64,000 nt of DNA from Amphiscolops sp. MND2022 (taxonomy: Eukaryota), in contig OZ076411.1 of assembly GCA_964187785.1 (NCBI GenBank), positions 44,268,001 through 44,332,000 of the forward strand. Direction: 5' to 3'. Every line of letters starts with the position of its first letter. The first letter of the stretch is position 1. The position numbers and the translations under genes were made by a program. The notes under the pieces are model-generated. The model was not told the DNA's origin and did no database searches. It worked only from the letters and a program-made list of their open reading frames with translations. Of this stretch, positions 22,501-34,265 are shown piece by piece.

Positions 22501-24593
22501 AACAACACAGCGGCGGACTACCTGTCCCGCATGGAAATGGACCCCACTGAAAAGTTAGTCCTAAAAATCCGAGCGGACGTTGAAACCCAACCTATTGAAG
22601 TTAATGTCCAATCAGCCGGCGTGTCTGAAGAAGAACAAGTGTTCTTTACAGAAGAAGACAATGAAACAGAAGAACAAATTTGGGAAAGGAAAAAACAATC
22701 AAAAGCAGGACTCAAGGTCGATGAGACCGTCATCCAAATCGATACCATATCTGAAAATGTAGTAGATGAAATTACCAATTTCACTCAGAAACTACGCAGA
22801 ACCAACCAAATACTACTAGAACAATCCAAAGATCCGATTTTGCTTCATTTAAAAGCAAAAATTCAAAATGAAGAATACTCTGAAGAAATCCTTCAGCAGG
22901 ACATTCGGTATAAACATTATTTAAATAACTTAGACCGTATAGTCCTCAAGGACGAAATAGTGACCCGACAGTATTACGACGAAACGGGACAAATCAAATA
23001 CCACCAAATCTTACTGCCAAAGCACCTGTTGAAAGAACTACTGCAAGCAATACATGGCCGGCACATCGACATCCAGGCATCTCTAAAATGCTGCAAGAGA
23101 TCCGCCAAAAATACTACTACCCTGGCATAGCAAAATACGTCAAAAAATGGGTAGAGGGATGCGAAACGTGTGCTAGAGACAAAAGAGTCCCAAATAATAC
23201 AATTACACCAGAATTGTTAAACTTGCCCGAATGGGACCTTGGTCCAGAAGATGCCATGCAGATAGACTTATTACCAAACTTACCGACTAGTGGCGGATAC
23301 CAGACGGTTATGACGGCTATAGATGTATTCTCAAGATACTTATTCGCCTACCCGCTAATTGAGGCAACAGCCACGAATGTAGCCAAGGTGATAATTGATA
23401 TCATGACGAAACATTCATATTTACCAACAACTCTCATCACAGACAAAGGGTCCGCATTTACATCGACCATCATAGCTGAGATAACTCAAATTTTGGGTAT
23501 AACACTCAAATGCGCTACTACAAAGCACCCGCAAACAATTGGCAAACTCGAAAGGACCCATGCCTCACTCAAAACAAATTTGAAAATGGCCTCAGGGGAA
23601 TATCGACGCCAATGGCATAAATATTTACCATTAGCAGTACTCAACTACAATACCACATACCACTCTAGTATTGGATGTGAACCGAGTAAAGTCTTCCACG
23701 GCCGGATTCCCTATAACGTCCTAGACCACAAATTGGGAAATAACCCCAATAAAAATTTTCTGCCAACTACAGAATTTGCGGAGGAAGTACAGCAGAGGAC
23801 ACAAATCCTCATAGATCAAACAAAAAAGAACATAATGCAGTCTTATTTGAAATATAAGGACTATTACGACCGAAAGGCAAAGGCTGCCCCGCTTAAAGAA
23901 AAGGACTACTGTTTTGTTCTACAGCCTAAAGCGGACAGTCAGGCATCAAAAATTCCTTTCAGGGAATACAGATGGATTGGCCCGTTCGTCATTCAGAAAG
24001 TATTGTCCAACGACAATTATATTGTCCGTCGCCTAAATACAAACAAAACTCAAATACTTCATCGCATTAGATTAAAGAAATTCGTCCCGAATGCCCCTTT
24101 AGAGGACAAATACGATGGAGAAAAATTACAACCCGACAATGAGATAGTAATCCCGCAAGACGATTTGTACACTATCTCATGGGAAGTAGACTTTGAGTAC
24201 GACTTATTTGAACCGAGGAAGGAAAATTGGACAGACGTGGCCACACGCCGGCCGACGGACGCCGAGTCCACTAATACGGACAATGACGTTACCGACGAGG
24301 AAAGCGCTAGCAATGAAAGCTGCAGCGAGCGCACGACAAGAAATGACGTCACCGAGAAGCAAATGAGACCGCGAGAGAACAATAGCGGTGATGAATTTAA
24401 TCGGATTGAGAATGAAAGTGACGTCACTAATGATTTAAAAGACAGTGAAAACGTTTCAAATACAGGCGCAGATATTACCGTACCCGGAATATCAGAAAAT
24501 GGAAATTCAAATGAAAACTCGAGCCCTAGAGGAGGGAAATACAATCTTCGACCTAACCCTACCCCCAACTTTACTGATGAATACAGATACTAG
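19516..24593 (+). CDS. pol: Pol polyprotein (acidic transframe region, protease, dUTPase-like segment, RT, RNase H, integrase); one 1-nt deletion near 23057
   Basis: PR LIDTGAHSS; RT KLDCSQAYH and QYVDDIG; RH LMTDASF; IN DLLP/ITDKGS/KLERTH plus WIGPF. Restoring one base at ~23057 gives HGTAHRHPGISKMLQEIRQKYYYPG and joins ORFs 19528-23130 and 23088-24593. Confidence 0.93.
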
Positions 24594-24827
24594 TCAGAAA
24601 ACTTGAATTACCAGTCCCTTTATTTCACTTCTAGCCCTTGAGGACTTTTATTTTTTACTTGGGACTACTCTGACTGACTTTTTACCGATTACTGGAACGA
24701 TTATATACAAAAAGAGAGACTCAGTGGCGAATAATACAAAGCCACGCAAACAAGCAACAAAGAAGAAAGTATACAAAACAGTTTACAGAAACTACAAAGT
24801 CTAGAAACAAATGTACTCTTTGTACAT

Positions 24828-27800
24828 TTAAGATTTAGAAGTTCCAGGAGCGTTTATATTGGAGGACTGATTGGCGTCTGATCCACTCGTGGGCTTGAAG
24901 CAAACCTTTCTACTCTTCTCGGGGGACTGCTTGCGGGATTTACCTCCTTCTTTCGATGAGGAACTTGAGACGCACTCAGGGTCGGGCCGGACACCTTTAC
25001 ACAGAGCTTTATATACAGCGGCCAGAGTCTTGTGAAAATTAGCCCTGCCAAAGCTGTCAACGTGAGTCCAAGGATCTCCGGGGACATTGCCGCTGCTGAA
25101 CCGCAACTCCAGATCCTTGAATGTACCCAAGGAAGCTTCAGTAGTGCAAGCAGCTACTTCGCCCGAAACGTTGGCGAGATAAGACTGGGCGGGCATGATT
25201 ACGTCGAACAGCCGACTGCGGGGTTCACTACAATCGACCCCAGAAAACTTGACGGCTGGGAGCTCTGGCGATTTGCATGTGAGACACAAACAGCTCAGCT
25301 GGAAGAGGTGGAATAAATGCTTGCGCATCTTCAGCTCTGGCATTCCCATCAAGGTCACAACCATGTCTGTGAAGACCTCTGGGGTGTTCTTGGCTCCAGA
25401 GTTGACTTCCCGAAAGTACTCTAGAAATTCGACGTACTCGTCGCGGATGTCGGCCTCTGAGGAATTATCCAACCACCCTCGCAGGCTGAAGGAACGGTGG
25501 AGCGCGGAAAAGCAATATGTGGCCTGCTCAAGAGGCAAGTTCAGGAGGGCTACCGGGTCGAAACTGGCTAGACCCCTGACGATACCGGCATTGAGGCTAA
25601 TATCGGCCAAGAAGACTTTCAGCAGGTAGACGAGGTAGCTTCGGGCCTTGGTGGCGAACTCGTCCCGGGTGGCTTCAACTGCGGCTTCTGTCTCTTCTGG
25701 AGTCAACTGCTTTTCGCTGTAAATTCTCTTTACTCGCGCAAGACAACAGGCATCGAGATTCTCTTTCAGCTTCAGTCGACTCAGGAAATCGCGGTTTGAC
25801 AACTGCTTCCAATTTTGTCCCTGCATGTCATCCAGGGCCTTCCAGTCCAAAATCTCTGGAACATGCTTGGGAAGCAGGGCACGCGCAGCTAACTTGCGGA
25901 TGAAGGTGTGGAATTCCCGGAAGGTGTAGAATCCACTGTCCCTTCGCTGGGCAAACTGGCTCTCGAAGCTCTTGGTGTCTGGAATACAAAATATATATGA
26001 TTACCCTAATTGGTCCATTCTACAGCTACGGACCTAAAGTTGGCAGTCTACTACATTTTGGTCAGGTTTCTTGTAAAAGCAAACAAAAATAGGACTCTGT
26101 GGCCATGTGACAAGACAAAAGAGGTAGATACTAACAATCACGAACGATCCGCGCGAAGAATTCCAGTTTCATGGTGAAGAAATCATCACCGATGATCTCC
26201 CATTCCAAACTCTGGGGTTTGTGTTTGACACCCTGGTGCACTTGTGGGGGAGCAATCTTGGTGAGATACTGGTGGATGGCCTTCCAGTTCGCGATCAGTT
26301 CGGAGCATATGGCGGGCACGGCAGAAATCTCCAGATGGCAGGTCGACATAGCCTATAGACAATATCAAAATTAAAATCGACCTATGGTTGGACCTACAGT
26401 CGATGTGACGTTGTCCTTACCTTGACGAATTCAGGCATCAGTGCAGCCCAGGGTTGTCCGCCGCAACCGTCTAGAAAGGTGACCAGAAACTTCAGCTGCG
26501 AGAAGAAGCTAATGGCCCCAAACACGCTGCCCCATCGCTCGTGCATCATGCTGGGCAGACTCAGTGCATCGAATCGGAAGGGGTACTCTATTCCCTTCTG
26601 GAAGAATTGAGAATGCTCAAGCAGAGGGATCAATTCTGCGGGACAACCAGACACACTCACGATTTGAGGCTGAGCGGACAACACGGACAAGAGGCGAGAA
26701 AGAGCAAGCAGGAAGCCTGCAGCAGGTTCCGAGGCTGTGCGATAACGCAGTAGTCGGACAACGTTGAGACAGTCGCCCTTCCAGAATCGGATTGACACGA
26801 AACTATAGGTGCCTCGTGTCTCAAACTCCAAGGAGTACTGTCCAGTGACGCTGACGTGGTACGCAATGTCCGCGATACCACAGAGGAAGATGTGATGGAA
26901 GATCGTCTAAAATGAACCAACAGGGATGAAAATATGCTCAGGCTATAATAGCCTGAAGGACCTTGAGGCTTAAAATGGATGATACTTACAGTCAGCGTGG
27001 TAGAACCCCAATCGTAGGGGGAGAACAGGTTCTGGTGATTGGTCACGGTGCCAATCTGCGCCCACAGCAGCTCGAGGACATGGAGGTCTCCGCATCGGGG
27101 AGCGAAGAGGGCTACCATGGAGATTTGGACGCACAGTCTGATTTCCTCCTGCCCAGCAACAGATCCTAGCCCGGCCATGTGGTCCTCGTAGAACGGATAA
27201 CTACATCCCATCTCGACTAGGGGAACCTGCATGAAAAGGGGTTTCTCACGCTCTAGCTCAAGAGGGGTCAGCACTTGTCCTTTCTTCCCTCTGACTTCAT
27301 GGACAATTCGACCAGTCACTGCGTCCTTCTTCTTCAGGTGTTCATATCTCCAGCGCTGGTCCTTGCGGAAATGGGCCTCGCACTGGAAATGCCGCACAAT
27401 CTCTCGGGCGCCTTTGGAAAACATGGACACGTTGGTCTTGCATATCTGGCAATAAAACTTGTGTTTATTATGCTCAGGGTCCAACGGTCCAGTAACAAAA
27501 GTACGAGTCCACTGTATTCCCTTGAAATAGGCCTCCTTCATTATTTTGCCACTTCGGGCAGGAACTCGGCGGCGCTTGCGGGGAGGACTAACGGCAGAAG
27601 CTTGATCCCCTGTCAAGGTAGCTAATGGCTCATAGTCCGTGGAGCAGAACCCAGGACTAGGAACTTGCTGGCTGGTTGACGGCTCACTTACATTGAAGGA
27701 ATCTTGAGCAGGAGGACTAGGAGGAGGGGCAATGTTGAGTTCTTTTCCGGTTCTTCGGGAATTCACCACGAACTCATCCTCAGAACTGAGGGCTCCACTT

Positions 27801-28762
27801 GTGTACCCTTCGGTACCAGCGTCACTATCCTGACCTTCTAAACCAGGGCTATCGGATTTCTTTCGGAAGCACTTGATGCGTTGTTTAGCGGGACCCTGAT
27901 GGGTACTTTGGGAACGACCCACACGAATTGCCTCCTCTAAGATGTTCTTCATCTGATGAAGGGATAAAATAATGGTCTCAGAGGACACAGCACGCAGAAT
28001 AGAATGTACTTGGCCCTGATTAAAGGCCACTGTGGCATGCCCGACTGGAAGGATACTCGGATTCGTTTCGCTGAAATGTTGATTGATGAGAGTCCGAGCA
28101 GAAGCAGACAAAGGCCTAGTAGGGCTAAGAAGCTTCGGGGACGGAGCATCGGGCAACCCAGCTGAAGTCGACGGTCCAGCCTGCTTGGGGACTTCAGTCT
28201 CCACAACGCTCAAATTCTCCATGTTAATTAGGAAAGGGGGTTCTTTAAGGGTCTCTGCGCCAGAACTGTCAAGCAACTCTTCGTTGTCACTTGTGTCAGT
28301 CTGGAAATAATCTGCCTTAGCAACAGAAAAGCCAGTTTCACTTTGGATGTCAGCCGCAGGGTCGACATCGGCTCCACTCGACTCCTGATTGGAGGCTTCT
28401 CCCACTACCTGAGGGATGGGGTCCGACTCGGAGGCTTTCTCAATAGCTGAATGGACAACCTTATCTTCAATAGCAGTGCTAGTAGGGGGCAAGAAGGAGA
28501 TGTCAAGACCAAAGCCCTGGCAACCCAAAGTCTGCAGTTGACGGTCAATGTAGGCGGAAATGCTTTCATCCGTAGAAGGGCTTGGGGTCGGAGCAGTCTT
28601 ATCAGGATTATCTCCTGGCGGCACAAGTTGTGTGGACTCAGTGTCTACAGGGATCGAAGTGGCCTGACTGGTACCAGCTTCTTCGGGAATGGCAACTTCT
28701 TCTTCAGTCATGGATGCAGTAGCAGTGGCAGGAACAATATCATTTCGCTCTTCGGACGACAT
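24828..28762 (-). CDS. Antisense spliced accessory gene, about 1208 aa: acidic N-terminus, BED-like C2H2 finger, hAT-transposase-like (probably inactive) body
   Basis: Exons 28762-26990, 26906-26421, 26352-26136, 25978-24828. Introns: 83 bp (GTAAGT..TTTAG, phase 0), 68 bp (AAG|GTAAGG..CTATAG, phase 0) and 157 bp (GTTAGT..TTCCAG, phase 1). Splicing joins four separate ORF-track pieces with no stops. Finger: CQIC-x16-H-x5-H. An in-frame ATG also exists at 28816. Confidence 0.85.
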
Positions 28763-30036
28763 GTCTAAACAGAAAGAGATAAACTCAAGCTGAAAACTTC
28801 CTGAGAAAGAGTCCATTACCGCATTAAAAATCTTCCGGAAGTAGATATTTCGAACTCAAGTGAACACTTGTGTTATGGGACAGGAAGTACGTGAATGAAA
28901 TGAGAGCCCTGATCAAGCCTCAGATTAATTCAATACTAAATTAGAAACAAAACCTGAAAAGCTACTGACCTGTTTGAATGCAAAGAAGGATGTCTTGAGA
29001 GGGGAGTGCTGTGGACAGTTAGACTGGTGGTCACTGAATTGGAAGCTGAGCGATCAATAGAGGAGGATGACGAAGCTGGACTGGTGACAATACAGCAGCA
29101 GTTGTAAGGAGAAGACAAATTCTTCTTTGATGAGGGACAAGAAAGATTACTGGAGATGAATTAGTGAAAAGGGACTCAGTGTCGATTGTCCTAGGATCAC
29201 CCAAGAAATCCACAAAAGACGTAATCGGAAGAAATTACAAATGAGTACTTCAAATGAATACGGAGTAAATACGACTAGAAGACTAAAAGACTAAAGATGA
29301 TTAAATACTGGACGATAATACAAAGAGTAACTGGAAAGAATTTGAAAGTAATGAATTGAAAAGAGAATTGGCAATGTGACAAGATGTCAAAGTTGGAGTT
29401 CGTGGCTATACAGTTTGGTGTCAAATTTACAAGATATTTACAATTTACACTATTATGTGGATAGAGTCTGCCAGCGATATCTACATTCTTTCATTTATCT
29501 TATTTCGAAACTTTACCATTTTATAAAATATTTCATGGTTTTACCAGGATTTTATTTAATTTCAGGCCATTTTATATTATTCCTTATATGGATTTACGAC
29601 CTTGGGGAGCCATTTTTACTCAAGAGAAATTTTGCTGCATTCCTATTGGTTGATCAGAAACGCTGATGGACGGCGTGGCCGTCTGCCATAGCTTCACCCT
29701 CCTAAAACTTTTAAGTGCTTGTTGAGTGTTAATAAACACTTGAAGCGACGCTCTTAATATGAAAGTATTGATGGAGTTGATGTAAGTCAACAAAGCCTCA
29801 GTCGGCATTTTCAAAGAAGACCGAGCGGCTAGTTGAAAGGTTCCGAAAGAAAGGAATTTTGTTATTGAGGATTTGGTAAGCCGGGAAGGGCAAAACCCCG
29901 GGAAACCGAAAAGAAAATCCCGCTAGTCGGCGGAGGAAGAAATCGCCATTGTTTCAGTTTCAATCTCAAAATTCAGCTGCTTATCAAACTTCAAAACTTA
30001 AAACTAATAACTTCCAAGATTGCCAAAAAAGCAATA

Positions 30037-30867
30037 ATGAATAAATTCCTAGCAAGTCAATTTGACTCAGAGTCCCCTGAGTATTATCCTGAAGATTTTC
30101 AAGGAGCGGCCCCGGGAGATGGGGTAATTAACATCTCTAGCGACGACGAGATGGAGCGCGCAAGCAGTGCGTCCGTGGACGACTTAGAGAGTCTGTCTGA
30201 CGACGATGAGATGGCCCTCCTGGCCCAATGTGTGGAAAGACAACTGGACTTGCCATCAACTTCAGCAGGTATTCAAATCCCCTCAGCTTCAGGAAAGCAA
30301 GAAGTGACTCGCGCTACGACTCCCAGGCTTGCATACGTGCCGGGACCAATGTTCGACGCTGGGTACTTTGATCTGGGAATGGGCAGAGGACCAATTGCGA
30401 GGGACTCACGGCTTAGAAATGACCACCCAATTAACTTGTGCAGCCAATTGATCCCGATGGTCGACACACCTATGTCACCCCCTGCAATCGATAAATATCC
30501 TACGGGCGACTGGAGGATAACCGCAGAAGCCACTACTAGCAGTTCCCAACGACACGAAGGTGGCATTCACTTCCGTGCACCGACCGCAGCAGACAACCCG
30601 TATATTACAGGGTGTACAGATTGTCTCGTATGTGGAAAATCTGTGGAACAAATTCAGGATGAGGCGGTCATAGATTATCTGCACAAGACGGCCGTCCGGG
30701 GGGAATCTGTCGAGCAATTCAACGCGAGACGACTAGCTTTCTTGGAAGGAATGAAGGTGGGCTGTTTGAAGGTGGGAGTGTCCCAGGCGTCCGCCTGTGA
30801 TGGCAATACATACTCAATCTGCCACAGTTACAAGAAAGCAGAACCCTTCACCCTTCCATTAAATTAG
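30037..30867 (+). CDS. Accessory ORF, 276 aa, unknown function (acidic N-terminus, CxxCxxC motif); crosses the PPT and ends 89 nt inside the 3' LTR
   Basis: Intact ATG-to-TAG ORF in the ORF track; motif GCTDCLVCG; no signal peptide or transmembrane stretch visible. Confidence 0.7.
   Translation: MNKFLASQFDSESPEYYPEDFQGAAPGDGVINISSDDEMERASSASVDDLESLSDDDEMALLAQCVERQLDLPSTSAGIQIPSASGKQEVTRATTPRLAYVPGPMFDAGYFDLGMGRGPIARDSRLRNDHPINLCSQLIPMVDTPMSPPAIDKYPTGDWRITAEATTSSSQRHEGGIHFRAPTAADNPYITGCTDCLVCGKSVEQIQDEAVIDYLHKTAVRGESVEQFNARRLAFLEGMKVGCLKVGVSQASACDGNTYSICHSYKKAEPFTLPLN
30768..30778 (+). promoter_or_regulatory. Polypurine tract (GAAGGTGGGAG)
   Basis: Purine-rich run immediately before the 3' LTR TG. 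Confidence 0.8.
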
Positions 30868-32352
30868 AAAACTTACAAGGAAAACTATTATTGTTGCTTT
30901 AAAAGTCATGTAAAACCTTATATATTTCATTTTGTACGAGCTATATTATGTAATTCTATGTATTAGTACGAGTTAATTGGACACCAAGGCGTACAGGTAA
31001 AGGAAACGCGTTCAAATGTTTTCTTGCCTGTCGCCTTGGTCCGCAAGTCCGAATAACTCGTCATCCAATCATAGCGCAGTGTTATGTAACCTTTACTCGT
31101 GCTAGCATAATAGATTAAAGGACTAGACAGCTATATGCCGCCTGCTAATAAAGCGCCGGGCTGTACCAGTCTATTGGACACTGAGTCCGCGCTTTAATTG
31201 AGAGTGCTATTCTAACTAGCAGTACTGGTTATGTAATAATTAATCTTTTGATAACTAATAGAAGGCGCTATTGGTCCTCAAAGGACTGATTTAATATTTT
31301 AGAATTAGTTTGATGGTGTTGCTTCATATGTAATTTGCGCAATATATTTAGTTTGGAATATATGTAAAATTACTATCTATACATGTAGTAAGCATTTCAT
31401 ACATGTAATATGTATTTCACACATGTAGTACGTTGCTTAGTATGCATGTAAGCAGTTGCTTGTCCTAACGGACTCATGGTCCCGCCGCCATATTTGCCGC
31501 CAAGAAGGACCTTTGATCTATATGATGTAATGTTGACGTTGCCTGCTATTTATAGATTGTAGCTATATTTAGAAAGCCCTTAAGGCTATTTTTAGAATAT
31601 GATCACCATTTTATTGAGTGTCATGCAGATTCAAATATATATAACCGGGACTGGTGGTCTCGGGGACAGAATTATCTTGATGATACTTTGATACGTTACT
31701 GTTGCGTTACTGTTGCGAATTGTTTATCAAAACTACCCGTTCATTTTCACTTTGCAAGCCCGAGATATTAATTTAAATTCTTGCCTCTTGCAATAATCTC
31801 TTATGCCTTCTACTAGACGACAAAAGGCCAAAGCTAGGAGATCTAGAGAAATGGACATGCTGTCCGACTATGATAACCTAGATGTGATGCTGGGAAATGA
31901 AAATAATAATCCCATCGAAAAAGAACTAGCTGAAGCGATAGATCGGTCATCGGCCCACGGGGACGATGATACAAACGTGTACCATGAAAATGAGTTTAGA
32001 GATTACTTACATGAAAATGAACCCTTGAGGCAAAACGAAGTCAGGCAATCCTTTGAGGCCTTTTCAAGTGAGTTTAATCTTAGATTGTCTCAAGAAATGG
32101 AATCTATGATGTCAATAATGCATAGTCAAATAAATAGAGCTATAACAACAGCTATAGCTGAAAGAGTTATTCCAGAAATCCAGAATATTGCAAACTCAAT
32201 GTCTTCTATAGGACACAGGGACACTGAGGCCAGCTCGTCCCCAAATAGTCAGGAGAACAGGGAAAACGCATCTGGGCCTAAAATAAAAATTGCAAAGAAA
32301 GATTCAAGATCTGTAGGTGACTTAAGAGACACCATGGGTCATGGTTCTTACA
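30779..32352 (+). repeat. 3' LTR (contains the first 183 gag codons; ORF-track 31803-32447 is this copy reading into the flank)
   Basis: Direct repeat of 16813-18386, followed by the TSD GCCAT. Confidence 0.95.
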
Positions 32353-34074
32353 GCCATGTCACAATATTCTCGAAAAATTTTCAACAGATTTTCTTTCTTT
32401 GGCACTCACCACAACAAATTTGGCTCGAACCTCGAGCCCCTCTTTAAATAAGCATTAACTAAATGCATAAAAGCACTTGAAGGGCGTAAAATAACTGCTG
32501 TTAACTTGATAAAATGTCGTAATTCATGTCAAACAGAAACTGTACTAGTTATAGCACCAATAGGGATGCAAATATAAAAAATCCACAAAATCTAAAAATT
32601 ATAAACCATTAGGTCTATTGAGTTAGGAAAGAAGTCACTGTTCAAACTACGCTCTATCGGATGGGTGATTAGCAACCGTATCTGTCACTGCATTCCTGTC
32701 GACTTTCTCTCGAACTTTTTCCAAATTTTCAAAAAGTTTTATGAAGGTCCGGCCGAAGAAGCCGAAGAATCGGCAAAATACTGCAGCATTTTATAAAACG
32801 AGACAGAAGTGGCATATATGAAAGCATGAAACACCAGTGTATTAAACAAAAGAGATGGTAGAAAACTGCATACTTTTCCAGAAATTGATCAAGTTGATAG
32901 GGATGATAGACTAAGACAAACAGAGGTTGAAAATCAGGCATCTGAGTAGATTTTGAAATAATGTTCGGCAAGAAAACAAGTTCCAGAGCATTCCCTTGAG
33001 TTTTAGAAATACTTCAAGGCCAACCTCCTCTTGTCCGGCCTCTTCACATCGACATCGTTCAGGCAACTGCAGCAACGGGACTCGCAGGTAGACTGTAGGG
33101 TTGAGTCGAGCAACGAACACTTGGTTTTGAGAAACATGCTTGGCTACGGTCGTTAGAGTGTTGGAAAAAGTGTTTTTGTTGCCTGTGGTGCCCTAGTTTT
33201 GGAGAGCACAAGTAAACAATTGAGTGAATCAGGGACAGGGGTAGACCTTGTGATGAGTAGGAAGGAAGACACTGATTTTCGAGTGATTTATTCAATTACG
33301 ATCAAAAGTACTCTTTTTAGTCTGCGTTAGTCTCCACTGTACTAAATGTTGTTTCGAGATGTATGCGCACTAAGTGGAAACCTCTAAAATGGTGCCAATA
33401 ATGGCGTGCACAAATATTTGGCAGTTGGTACCGTGTGTGCCAAGATGCAAATCTTTCGCTGCTGGGATATCCCGGAGATAACACACTGCTCAACTAAATC
33501 GATTCCCAAAATGTTGCAAAGTTTGTACGTTTTTATTGCAATATCTCGGCAACCATTGGCGAGACCTACTGGTTGTTTTTGCGTCACCAATTTTACACTA
33601 TGTAATAATTGGAAAAAGAAGCGAAATGCCATATAAGATGGAGTCTAATCCTAAGCGAGACGTTGACGCTAATCATTTTGTATACTTGATAAAGCACACA
33701 CTGACGTTTTTTGGACCTTTGACGTAACGAGTAGATTTTGGATTTTTTGGACGTTCTTTTTGCTGCAGTTGACATTTTGGGTGTGTCAGGATTGAAACTG
33801 AGTGTATAACGTTTGTCTCTTGGGGTTGCTGGGGGTGGGCTCTTTCTATGTTACTTTATTGTCTTCCAAACTGACTTTGATGTACCTACAAGATCGGTCT
33901 TGTCACAAGTCGAATTTTTCAGAAATTCCTATTAAATATCCTGTCAAAATGTGGCTGGACATTACAAAAGCTGTGAAGTGGATAATAAGCATCAAACAGA
34001 CTTGATATGCAAACATTTTGAGGCTACTGAACATTTTGCCGCTGTCTTTGTTTGTGCAAATGAACACCTTCCTA

Positions 34075-34230
34075 CAATATTTGGTGAAAAGTCACTTGGC
34101 CTAAAATTCTTTCGCTAAAGTCAATTGGCCTAATCCAATTGGTTACTTGATTCATTCTTCTGAAATCAAAGCTCTCGAGTAATTGGTCACTATTAGCCGT
34201 TTACCACTTAGCTGAAAACCACTAAAAGGA
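34075..34230. repeat. Degenerate subrepeat arm (TTGGCCTA/GTCACTT units) related to 56554-56715
   Basis: Recurrent GTCACTTGGCCTA / CAATTGGCCTA / AATTGGTCAC motifs. Confidence 0.45.
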
Positions 34231-34265
34231 AAATGGGTGGCGAGGTTATTGAAATTTATCATCAC

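Larger units (their letters stand above)
16813..32352 (+). mobile_element. Full-length, young Ty3/Gypsy LTR retrotransposon, 15,540 bp, with two accessory genes
   Basis: TG...CA LTRs of 1574 bp each; perfect 5-bp TSD GCCAT (16808-16812 and 32353-32357); PBS, PPT, gag, and pol in the order PR-RT-RH-IN. Confidence 0.97.

Noticed and set aside
24059-24568. 169-aa minus-strand ORF, and similar ones at 20010-20579, 22518-22784 and 3100-3705
   Set aside because: Antisense shadows of long real ORFs; Ser/Leu/Phe-rich, with no motifs.
26657-26989. C-terminal ~110 aa of the 719-aa ORF-track protein
   Set aside because: Read-through of intron 1 into a wrong frame; the spliced frame gives the coherent protein.
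24722-29951. Antisense gene as a simple nested hAT transposon with TIRs CAGTGGCGAATA / AAATCGCCATTG
   Set aside because: Only about 9/12 match and the flanking 8-mers (GAGAGACT vs TTTCAGTT) are not a TSD; catalytic residues are also not evident.
30037-30867. Accessory ORF as an envelope (env) gene
   Set aside because: No signal peptide, transmembrane helix or furin site visible; short and acidic.
31803-32447. 214-aa ORF as an independent gene
   Set aside because: It is the gag 5' part duplicated in the 3' LTR, reading 31 codons into flanking DNA.
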